Below are positions 17,421 through 25,004 of a stretch of DNA of 64,000 bases, piece by piece. Both the position numbers and the translations under genes were made by a program. The notes under the pieces are model-generated. The model ran no database searches. It saw only the letters and a list, made by a program, of their open reading frames with translations, and was not told where the DNA came from. Numbering within the stretch: the first letter of the stretch is position 1; each line of letters starts with the position of its first letter. Source of the stretch: a virus (lineage: Duplodnaviria > Caudoviricetes); IMG/VR virus record IMGVR_UViG_644736328_000002, positions 1,355 to 65,354 of that record; one strand, given 5' to 3'.

Positions 17421-18572
17421 GTGAGGGCGATTCATCGGTTATCAGCATCATTCGTAAAGACGTCTCCGCAGGGTAAATATTGTGACGGGGCAGGGTTGTG
17501 GTTGAATGTTCGAAAAGACAATACACGCTCTTGGTTTTTTCGCTATACGCACCACAATAAGCGCCGTGAAATGGGACTTGGTCCTGTTACGAAACTCTCT
17601 TTAAAAGAAGCGCGTGAGCTTACAAGATATTATAGTGATATTCTTAAAGAAGGCAATGATCCTATTGTCTTTCGAGAACAGACTATTTTAAAACAGCAAA
17701 GCAATATTTTTCAAGAAATTGCAAAAGCGGCTTTTGAAAGCAAAAAAGCAGAGTTGAAAAATGAAGGTAAAAACGGCCGCTGGTTTTCTCCACTAGAGTT
17801 GCACGTGATTCCACACATAGGTAATTTACCTATAGAAAAATTAACAGCCAATATTATTCGCAATGTTCTCTCACCCCTTTGGCATGAAAAAGCAGACACA
17901 GCGCGAAAAGCACTTAACCGTATCAATATTTGTTTGAAATATGCTGCGGCTCTTGGTTTAGATGTTGATCTACAGGCTTGTATGAAGGCACGCGCGCTTT
18001 TAGGAAAACCACGGGCGACATCAACAAATATTCCTGCTATGCCATGGCAAGAAGTGCCGGTTTTTTATCAAAGCTTGGATGATAAGATCCTTTCAAATTT
18101 AGCACTGAAGTTATTGATTTTGACAGGCGCACGGTCATATCCATTGCGCTATTTGCGCCTTGAACAAATTGACAAAAATATATGGACGATACCAAAAGAA
18201 AACATGAAAGGTATTGTAGGGAAAGTTTCAGACTTTCGCGTGCCACTAAGTGATGAAGCTTTGAGAGTTATTGAAAAAACTCTCCCCTTTGAAAAGAATG
18301 GTTTTCTCTTTTCTGGTCTTAGAGGCAACCCCATTTCTGATGCCACCATGGCAAAGTATATGACAGTTTGTGGTTTGACTTATCGTCCCCATGGTTTTCG
18401 TTCAAGCTTACGGGATTGGATAGCAGAGACAACGTCAACACCATTTGAGATTGCCGAAACTGTTCTTGCACATACAGTTGGGAGTTCAGTGACGAAAGCC
18501 TACATGCGAACGGATTTTTTAGAACAGCGACATGTTCTCTCGGAACAGTGGGCTTCATTTATAACAGGATAG
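17421..18572 (+). CDS. int: Tyrosine integrase (P4/IntA-like with Arm-DNA-binding domain)
   Basis: N-terminal 'DGAGLWL..R...W.FRY...KRREMGLG', catalytic R (TGAR), HGFR and 'VLAH...V..AY'. Confidence 0.95.
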   Translation: MRAIHRLSASFVKTSPQGKYCDGAGLWLNVRKDNTRSWFFRYTHHNKRREMGLGPVTKLSLKEARELTRYYSDILKEGNDPIVFREQTILKQQSNIFQEIAKAAFESKKAELKNEGKNGRWFSPLELHVIPHIGNLPIEKLTANIIRNVLSPLWHEKADTARKALNRINICLKYAAALGLDVDLQACMKARALLGKPRATSTNIPAMPWQEVPVFYQSLDDKILSNLALKLLILTGARSYPLRYLRLEQIDKNIWTIPKENMKGIVGKVSDFRVPLSDEALRVIEKTLPFEKNGFLFSGLRGNPISDATMAKYMTVCGLTYRPHGFRSSLRDWIAETTSTPFEIAETVLAHTVGSSVTKAYMRTDFLEQRHVLSEQWASFITG

Positions 18573-18746
18573 AATTTTTACAATTACCTCTACAGTGTTT
18601 TTAGCTATTTTGAAGAGAAATTTGATATGTCACAATTCTGTGAAAATAACAGTTTTAAATGTGTAAAGCTATTATTGATAGCCTCCATGAGACGAGCAAA
18701 TTTAAGAAATCATTTTCGAAAGAATTTCGCGCGTCTCAGAGTATGT

Positions 18747-18959
18747 TTAGAGTCGGATATTTGGTTTTTGTGTAAAAATACTTACAAACGCATCCATAAT
18801 ACGTGAAAAATCAAGCGCTAATAAGAGTATAATGAGTACAATCCATTTTGTATAACGCGACATCACTTTTACACTTTTGTAGGTCATGATGATTTCTTGA
18901 AGTATTTCTTTTTCTGCTTCTGTAAGCTCTATATCGTCTTGTGTTTTTTTTCTAGCCAT
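18747..18959 (-). CDS. Small single-TM lysis-cassette protein (possible holin)
   Basis: Homologous to 14652-14882; start placed at MARKK. Confidence 0.5.
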   Translation of the reverse strand: MARKKTQDDIELTEAEKEILQEIIMTYKSVKVMSRYTKWIVLIILLLALDFSRIMDAFVSIFTQKPNIRL

Positions 18960-19158
18960 GTTTCCACCCACACAAGCGTTCACCTAGATTATTGTGCTTT
19001 AAGATCTCTCTTGCTAAATTGGAACTGATGGCGTTCAGATCTTTCCGGCTTAAATAAATTGGCAACCAGCCAACACAAGAAGAAGCATATTTATTTGTCG
19101 CGCAACCAATCAGAGAGAGCAGCACGCACATCAGCATCACTTTTTTGATTAACTTCAC
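18952..19158 (-). CDS. Putative o-spanin lipoprotein
   Basis: Lipobox SLIGC; homologous to 14468-14692. Confidence 0.65.
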   Translation of the reverse strand: MKLIKKVMLMCVLLSLIGCATNKYASSCVGWLPIYLSRKDLNAISSNLAREILKHNNLGERLCGWKHG

Positions 19159-19318
19159 TTTCCACCTCCAGACGTGTTGTGGCTGCTTTTAAAGCTTTTT
19201 CTGTTTGCTTTTGTTGTTCACTCTTTTTACCAAGAGTAAAGGCTCTAGCTAATGCAATAAAAAAAGCGGCTAAAGCCGCGCCTGTTAGCATCAGATTTCT
19301 TTTTATCCATAAGATCAT
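19091..19318 (-). CDS. Putative i-spanin
   Basis: N-terminal TM plus coiled coil; homologous to 14308-14535. Confidence 0.6.
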   Translation of the reverse strand: MILWIKRNLMLTGAALAAFFIALARAFTLGKKSEQQKQTEKALKAATTRLEVESEVNQKSDADVRAALSDWLRDK

Positions 19319-19977
19319 AGACGATGCTCCTGAAAGCGTTTAGCAACAAAGAAAATACCAGCACATGCGGCTAAAACCATAATGGTTGCCAAAGCCCATT
19401 GGATTGGTCCATTGCCTGCTAACAAACCACCAAGCCCAGAAAAAGAGCCAATAATCGGTGCAAGTGCTTCTGCTTTGAACACCCTCGTTGGTGCTTGCGT
19501 TTCTACTGTTTGATAATTGGAGGAAACATAAGCCCCTTTTGCCCATAAGCCTGTTTCTGCTGCACGCCGGTGTGCTAGACCTTCAAGACGCTTCCCGCCT
19601 GCTTTGGTCCATTTCTGTAGCTCTGCAGGGACAGCTTCATATTCACCTTGATTGAGCTTTTTTAACAGTGTCGAGTTACAAAAGGCTCCTGTTCCTACAT
19701 TATAGCAAAACGACACTAACGCCGCGAATTGTTCATCTGTTAATGAAACTTGAACTGCTTGTTCAACGGCATTTTCAAATTGTCTTAAGTCTTGGCGAAG
19801 AAGTTCTTCTGCTTGCTTTTCAGTGATTGTCATGCCTTCGTAAATAAAAGGCTTTCCAGCACTGTTTGTATGTCCATAACCTATTGTCCACACCCCAATG
19901 GCATCTTTATAGGCGTTCAAACGCAAACCTTCCCATTGTTTGATAAGTGCTAGTCCTTCTGATGATATTTTTCGCAT
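19315..19977 (-). CDS. Phage lysozyme (GH24) with C-terminal hydrophobic segment
   Basis: WEGLRLNAYKDAIGVWTIGYG triad; colinear homologue of 13649-14311. Confidence 0.92.
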   Translation of the reverse strand: MRKISSEGLALIKQWEGLRLNAYKDAIGVWTIGYGHTNSAGKPFIYEGMTITEKQAEELLRQDLRQFENAVEQAVQVSLTDEQFAALVSFCYNVGTGAFCNSTLLKKLNQGEYEAVPAELQKWTKAGGKRLEGLAHRRAAETGLWAKGAYVSSNYQTVETQAPTRVFKAEALAPIIGSFSGLGGLLAGNGPIQWALATIMVLAACAGIFFVAKRFQEHRL

Positions 19978-19989
19978 ATGATTCTCCAT

Positions 19990-20015
19990 AAAAAAAGCCC
20001 CGCAAAAAGCAGAGC
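19990..20015 (-). terminator. Rho-independent terminator upstream of the second lysozyme
   Basis: Minus strand gctctgc-ttttt-gcggggc then T7. Confidence 0.7.
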
Positions 20016-20125
20016 TGGATTAAAAAATTGACATCTTTCTCATTCGGAAAGATAGCTTGGTTAAGCTTCATGACGCTTTTTCATTGGAATAAAAGAAGAT
20101 TTTTTCTCAACTTTTAATTTCTCTC

Positions 20126-20152
20126 TTGACAAACATTCGTTTATAAACGAAT
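20126..20152 (+). promoter_or_regulatory. TA promoter -35 with an 18-bp perfect palindromic operator
   Basis: TTGACA at 20126; ATTCGTTTATAAACGAAT at 20135-20152. Confidence 0.75.
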
Positions 20153-20159
20153 ATACATC

Positions 20160-20483
20160 ATGTTTGAAATACGTCACTACCTTACTTCTGATGGCAAAGA
20201 CTTGATAGCTGATTGGCTGCGAAAGCTCCGTGATATGCAGGCTAAAACTGCAATTATTCGCCGCCTTAATCGTTTAGAGCAGGGGAACTTTGGCGATTTC
20301 AAGCCGCTTCGTGAGGGTGTTCATGAATTGCGTATTAATGTTGGTCCTGGCTACCGAGTTTATTATGTCCAATCTGGAAAGACCGTATTGTTGCTATTAT
20401 GCGGTGGCAGCAAAAAAACACAAGAGACTGATATCACTCGTGCATGTGCTTGCTGGCGTGATTGGCAAAACCGTGAAGATTAA
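20160..20483 (+). CDS. RelE/HigB-like addiction-module toxin
   Basis: 'GNFGDFKPLREGVHELRINVGPGYRVYY...LLLLCGGSKKTQ..DI..A' family signature. Confidence 0.9.
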   Translation: MFEIRHYLTSDGKDLIADWLRKLRDMQAKTAIIRRLNRLEQGNFGDFKPLREGVHELRINVGPGYRVYYVQSGKTVLLLLCGGSKKTQETDITRACACWRDWQNRED

Positions 20484-20495
20484 AGGAGTGCAAAA

Positions 20496-20807
20496 ATGAA
20501 AGACCGTAACCATGATGATGCAATGGCAGAAATATTCCGTGATGACCCTGAGTTGGCAGCAGCTACCCTTGATGCAATCCTAGCAGATGGTGATCAGAGT
20601 GAGCTGCTTGTAACTCTACGCCAAATGGCCAAAGCTTATGGTGGCGTTCAAGCTGTAGCTAAAGCAGCCAACTTGAACCCAACACAACTTTACCGTACAC
20701 TTTCAGAAAAAGGTAATCCAGAGTTCCGCAGCTTGAATGCTTTACTGCGTACCATGGGGTTTCGTTTGGCAATACAGCCTCTTGAACGACCAGTTCCACA
20801 CGTGTAA
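20496..20807 (+). CDS. HTH addiction-module antitoxin
   Basis: 'GGVQAVAKAANLNPTQLYRTLSEKGNPEFRSL' HTH; downstream of the toxin. Confidence 0.88.
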   Translation: MKDRNHDDAMAEIFRDDPELAAATLDAILADGDQSELLVTLRQMAKAYGGVQAVAKAANLNPTQLYRTLSEKGNPEFRSLNALLRTMGFRLAIQPLERPVPHV

Positions 20808-20852
20808 CTTTAGTGTTCACTCCCCACCTTTAAAGATGGGGAAGGGAGGTAC

Positions 20853-21131
20853 TTAAGCAACATTTTTAATGGGGCTGTCTAAATCTGGTTCGTAGGCTCG
20901 CAACAAAGAACCCATACGATGTGGAAGTTCTGAAGCTCCAAAATCTGTCAAAATTGCCAAGATTTTTGTAATATTGGGCACGTCATCTTGAAGCTTTAAA
21001 ACCAGAGCATCTACGACCGATTCCATTACCTCAACTATAGCATTGCAGTCCTCATCTCCAATGCCTCGATGGTTAGAAAGCTTAAACAATGCCATCCACA
21101 AATCGCATAAGAAGTCGACACTGCTATTCAT
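20853..21131 (-). CDS. Conserved hypothetical protein coupled to the antirepressor gene (paralogue of 41246-41524)
   Basis: MNSSVDFLCDLWMAL start overlaps the ant stop (ATGA). Confidence 0.7.
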   Translation of the reverse strand: MNSSVDFLCDLWMALFKLSNHRGIGDEDCNAIVEVMESVVDALVLKLQDDVPNITKILAILTDFGASELPHRMGSLLRAYEPDLDSPIKNVA

Positions 21132-21889
21132 TGCACACCTCCATAGATTTGTTCTCTTAAACATGCCAATCCTCTAGATGTGATTTTTGTTGAAGGGAGT
21201 ATCTTTTCTGTTCCATCTGGTCTTTGAATGGTAATAGCAGGACAATCCATGAATCCTTTCTTTATTTTGTCTTGATAGGGTAATAGAGGCGCCCCTGGAG
21301 CACGTCGATAAACCCAATCATGTTTACGCAAATAATCCGTTAACTCCTTTGGTCGTACCTCTAACATTTTTGCGGCTTCGATAAGACCAAACAAACCATC
21401 AGAACGCTTTAAACCATCAAGTGCTTTTGCCTTTGGTTCTAATTTAGCAATGATATTGTCTTTCCGCTCGTTTTCATCTTTTAAATGCGTTAAGACACCA
21501 AGCATTACTGCTGGGCTGGAGTAGTCGATCGATTGAACATAGGATTGCTTTATCTCGCCCCTACGCCATGCAACAAATAACTTAATAAGCATATAACGGA
21601 CTTGAGAAGATTTTTCTGTATTCGATAATGTCGCAATCAATAACGCCTGCTCTTCGTTAAGCCAATATTCTGTTACGTTATTGCCCTTTATTACGTGCGC
21701 CACAGTGGCGCACCTCCCAAACCGTTCTATTTCTTGCATATTTCTTGTAATTAATTTTCTAACGTCACGTGTACGAACAAACCCTAATTTTTCTGCTAAG
21801 TCCACATCGCGAACACGAGGCTCGTTTTCGACTTCTCGTAATTTGATTAATTTGTCTTTATTGATAGGTAAGTATGTGCTATTATTCAT
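21128..21889 (-). CDS. Phage antirepressor with C-terminal ANT (KilAC) domain
   Basis: C-terminal 'PKAKALDGLKRSDGLFGLIEAAKMLEV...WVYRR...LPYQDKI...TSRGL'. Confidence 0.85.
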   Translation of the reverse strand: MNNSTYLPINKDKLIKLREVENEPRVRDVDLAEKLGFVRTRDVRKLITRNMQEIERFGRCATVAHVIKGNNVTEYWLNEEQALLIATLSNTEKSSQVRYMLIKLFVAWRRGEIKQSYVQSIDYSSPAVMLGVLTHLKDENERKDNIIAKLEPKAKALDGLKRSDGLFGLIEAAKMLEVRPKELTDYLRKHDWVYRRAPGAPLLPYQDKIKKGFMDCPAITIQRPDGTEKILPSTKITSRGLACLREQIYGGVQ

Positions 21890-22085
21890 TGTAATTGACC
21901 TCTTTCAGGTTAGTTAGATGTAAAGCGTTAGAGAGAGTTTTTGCGGACTTATGCTCTAGCGCTTTTTCTTTTTTGAGAATGTTAATTATTTCAGATGAAA
22001 GAGAGCGATCATTCTCAGTCGCCCGATTAAACAACCACTCCTTTAATGTATGTGGCATATTTATTTTATATTGGATCGTTTTCAT
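21882..22085 (-). CDS. Arc-like ribbon-helix-helix repressor
   Basis: 'YKINMPHTLKEWL..RATENDRSLSSEII'. Confidence 0.8.
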   Translation of the reverse strand: MKTIQYKINMPHTLKEWLFNRATENDRSLSSEIINILKKEKALEHKSAKTLSNALHLTNLKEVNYNE

Positions 22086-22110
22086 TTTACCTCCATATGC
22101 ACATATTTAG

Positions 22111-22134
22111 TACCATAAAGGTACCTTGTGTCAA
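22111..22134 (-). promoter_or_regulatory. arc-ant promoter -35 with a TACC-N5-GGTA palindrome
   Basis: TTGACA on minus at 22134-22129; taccataaaggta at 22111-22123. Confidence 0.6.
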
Positions 22135-22160
22135 GTGTATTTTAGGTATATTTTAGGTGC

Positions 22161-22385
22161 ATGACAAAAAAAGATCGTGTGCAATTTAAATTTCTCATTC
22201 CAATTGAACTGAAAAATCAATTGGAAGAGCTTGCTGAAGCAAATCATCGTAGCCTTACGGGTGAAATTCTTGCTCGTTTAGAAGATTCTGTCCGCACTAC
22301 CGTTACATTAAATCACCTACTGGCAATGAATTCAGAAGATCTCAAAAAGCTCCTTGAACAATCACTCGTGAATAAAAAACAATAA
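22161..22385 (+). CDS. Mnt/Arc-like repressor divergent from arc-ant
   Basis: 'QFKFLIPIELKNQLEELAEANHRSLTGEILARLEDS'. Confidence 0.82.
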   Translation: MTKKDRVQFKFLIPIELKNQLEELAEANHRSLTGEILARLEDSVRTTVTLNHLLAMNSEDLKKLLEQSLVNKKQ

Positions 22386-22781
22386 ATTCAAAACACCAAG
22401 CAACGCTTCGGGTTTGGAGTAGTCAACTTGTGGTGCAGCTATCTGTGGAGCAGCTACTTGCTTCAAAAGCCGTTCACATTTGATAAAGTATAAACGAGCC
22501 TCTCTACCTTTCTTATTATTCTCAAGCATAGAAAGCTCTTTTGCTACACTTAAAGTTAGATGATAATCTTTACGATTGTGGCCACCTCTGCCTTTGCTTC
22601 CCAAAATAGGGAAGCAAACAAAGTCTTGATTTTCTACCAAATTATATTTGTTGATACGTTCTGTAATCCAGTCCGCAAATTTTTTACCTACTTCTAAAAA
22701 ACTATGCAATTCACGTGCATTTACTGTTTGAACAATTTCCTGTCCAACAGTTTGTTCCGATATCGGAATAAGAGTGTTCAT
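22362..22781 (-). pseudogene. 3'-truncated AntA/AntB antirepressor
   Basis: 'VNARELH.FLEV...F..WI..RI..Y' domain, then VDYSKPEALLGVLN, where the 41521-42252 paralogue continues into ANT but this copy stops. Confidence 0.75.
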
Positions 22782-22789
22782 GTGAACTC

Positions 22790-23054
22790 CTATTGGTTAG
22801 ATGTTTTTCATTGACACTCTGAAAAGAGTGCCGGGTGCTGAAAAACACGGCCAATAGTCCGTCGTTACGCTTTTCCCAAAAGGGTATTGTATAGCGTAAC
22901 CACACCCGACAAAGCCATTATATGCGTGTAACATACAATGAGTCAAAGCCTTTAATGTGCGGAAAAGAGACTGTATCGGCAATCCATCCGCTATTGGTTT
23001 AAGGTGTTTTTCAAGCACCTGATTCGATTATTCATATTGTTGACACATTGTCAA
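22790..23054 (-). ncRNA. C4-like antisense RNA leader, cassette 2
   Basis: a1 23004-13 / b1 22991-97; stem GTCGGGTG..CACCCGGC; a' 22839-48 / b' 22851-57; a2 22803-10 / b2 22790-96 at the ant RBS; -35 at 23049-54. Confidence 0.75.
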
Positions 23055-23084
23055 GTAGCTTCTGATAATTTTTTGATATTTTTG

Positions 23085-24401
23085 CTAATTGATATCCTCC
23101 TCGTCCATATGGATTACGCCTTCGCCTTCGTCGCATGCGTCTGGTGGGGCGTTTGGATCAAGGGTATCATCCTTGTCTGGTGTTGTGTTTGCAACGTTTC
23201 CAGCCGCATCTTCTTGCGCTTTATCAAAAAGTTCGCACTCTATTTTTGTGGTGTAACCACCCGTTTTATCAAGTTTGTGCTTAACACTTTTGATGCGCCA
23301 TTCTGCTGGAATATAGGGGCGGAAAGGGGGCTCTTGAACAAGTTTTGCTTCTGCTTGCACAAACGGATCACCACCGATATCACATGAGAAAGAAGACTTA
23401 CCGCGTGATGATTTATTGCGATAAGCAGCAATGGCCGCAACAGCCTCTGATTGGTTATGGTAGGTGTATTTGAGTTCATGAAACGGTGGGTTACCAACCT
23501 TGACTTCTTTTTTTTCACCACTGCGGATATCATGATAGGTTGCGAGAACACCGCCTTTTTTCTCTTTGTCTTCTTCTTCTTTCTCAGGTGTTGTTTCTGC
23601 TTTTTCCGATTCAGATGGTGATGGTGTTGCTCTGTCATTGTCATCCATATGGATAAAGTTTTCATCATCATCAATCTCTTCTGGTTCTCGTGCATCAGCA
23701 GCGGCTTTTTGGTCGTCTCCTACATCCGTTTCTAAGCCATTTGCTGCACCTGCTTCATCCCGTGCGCTGTATTTAAAATCCCAAGAGGTGCAATGTTTCT
23801 CATGAATAACAACTATGGGGAGTGTTTCACCGGTAATGGCTTTGCCTTCACCCCGTTTGGCGAGCACCAGTTTGCCATCAACGGGCTTTGCTACCGCATC
23901 ATATTCTTCTGCAAGGCGTGTAGCAAAAGCCATATCGCTTTCAGCTGTTTGGTCAATGTGACGCACAACGATTTTTGCAAGAGAAGGATCAACCTTTGGT
24001 ATATAGCCATTACGCTCTGCTATCTCTTGAACAATACTGCCAAGGGTTTGTTGGTGATAGGATTGGCTTTTTGGAGTTCTGTAAGACGTATTCATTGATG
24101 CGGCGCGCCCTGTCACGCTTAAGCTTTGTGGTGGGCTGCTTACAGAGATTTCGTCTATCAGATAGGCTCCCATATCGCGGTTTTTTCCGCCTTCATAGCC
24201 AAGTGTTACAGAAATAACTGTCCCGATAAGAGGAATATCAAGAAAGCCGTTATCGCTGTCACGTGTGCGGTCATCAAGCTCTATAGTGATACGATCACTT
24301 TTGTTTTCTGCTTCATCGGTAATTTCAATCGACAAAACATAATCCATAAGAGTTTTTGTGATGTCTTCTCCATTTGCCAGAACCATGCAAAAAGGTTTCA
24401 T
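23085..24401 (-). CDS. Phage late control/baseplate hub protein (P2 gpD-like)
   Basis: 'ITDEAENKSDRITIELDD', 'IDQTAESDMAFATRLA..YDA..KP' motifs; ATGA overlap with gpX. Confidence 0.85.
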   Translation of the reverse strand: MKPFCMVLANGEDITKTLMDYVLSIEITDEAENKSDRITIELDDRTRDSDNGFLDIPLIGTVISVTLGYEGGKNRDMGAYLIDEISVSSPPQSLSVTGRAASMNTSYRTPKSQSYHQQTLGSIVQEIAERNGYIPKVDPSLAKIVVRHIDQTAESDMAFATRLAEEYDAVAKPVDGKLVLAKRGEGKAITGETLPIVVIHEKHCTSWDFKYSARDEAGAANGLETDVGDDQKAAADAREPEEIDDDENFIHMDDNDRATPSPSESEKAETTPEKEEEDKEKKGGVLATYHDIRSGEKKEVKVGNPPFHELKYTYHNQSEAVAAIAAYRNKSSRGKSSFSCDIGGDPFVQAEAKLVQEPPFRPYIPAEWRIKSVKHKLDKTGGYTTKIECELFDKAQEDAAGNVANTTPDKDDTLDPNAPPDACDEGEGVIHMDEEDIN

Positions 24402-24622
24402 TTCTTGCTGCCCCAAATTCTGATCACTGGTGTGGCTTTCGGATAGGGGAGGATTGGTAAGAGTATCGTGATGCCTGCTTTTAAAATGGGTCCATAGTCT
24501 GCAAGCCCCAAATTCGCTGCATAGACGTGTTCAACAGCAAGTGCTTGTTGACCTTTGGCATAGTATTTCCAGCAAATGGCATCCACCATATCGCCATCTT
24601 TGGTCATATAAAGGTCACTCAT
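24398..24622 (-). CDS. Tail protein X (P2 gpX-like, LysM-like)
   Basis: 'Y.TKDGDMVDAICWKYY...V..AN.GLA'. Confidence 0.9.
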   Translation of the reverse strand: MSDLYMTKDGDMVDAICWKYYAKGQQALAVEHVYAANLGLADYGPILKAGITILLPILPYPKATPVIRIWGSKK

Positions 24623-24999
24623 AGGTCTTCACCATATTCTCTCAACTTTATCGTAAATTCTTGTTTTCTGGGGGTGCCGTTATGATGAAAAACGCTTTGT
24701 TTTTCCTCTACAGAAAGAATGACAAACTTACCTAAGATTTTGCCTTGACCGGTCACAAGAATGTGAGGTCCCATATGCGCTATTTGCCGTAAATATTCGA
24801 GCTGTCTGTGACCACCTTTGAAATCTGGATAAATCACGCCTGCTAAAGAAAATTCCGCATTTGCAACAGCAGGCAATTGAAGAGCAGCCTTTCTCCCCAA
24901 TCGCCCTTGCTCCACCCATGGAACTCCATAAGACATATCAAGTGTTTGATAAGCTGCTGTTTCAATGGAAAAGATAAAACCACCCAAAGCTAACATCAT
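24619..24999 (-). CDS. Tail protein (P2 gpU-like)
   Basis: 'MMLALGGFIFS...YQ...W....R.G...ALQ' and 'G.PRKQEFTI.L..Y'. Confidence 0.88.
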   Translation of the reverse strand: MMLALGGFIFSIETAAYQTLDMSYGVPWVEQGRLGRKAALQLPAVANAEFSLAGVIYPDFKGGHRQLEYLRQIAHMGPHILVTGQGKILGKFVILSVEEKQSVFHHNGTPRKQEFTIKLREYGEDL

Positions 25000-25004
25000 G
25001 GTAT

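Noticed and set aside
22797-23018. 73-aa ORF across the C4-like leader as an icd/ash protein
   Set aside because: The equivalent frame in cassette 1 stops after about 15 codons, so conservation is at the RNA level
23004-24446. Plus-strand ORFs opposite gpD
   Set aside because: No RBS or motifs; antisense to a well-supported gene
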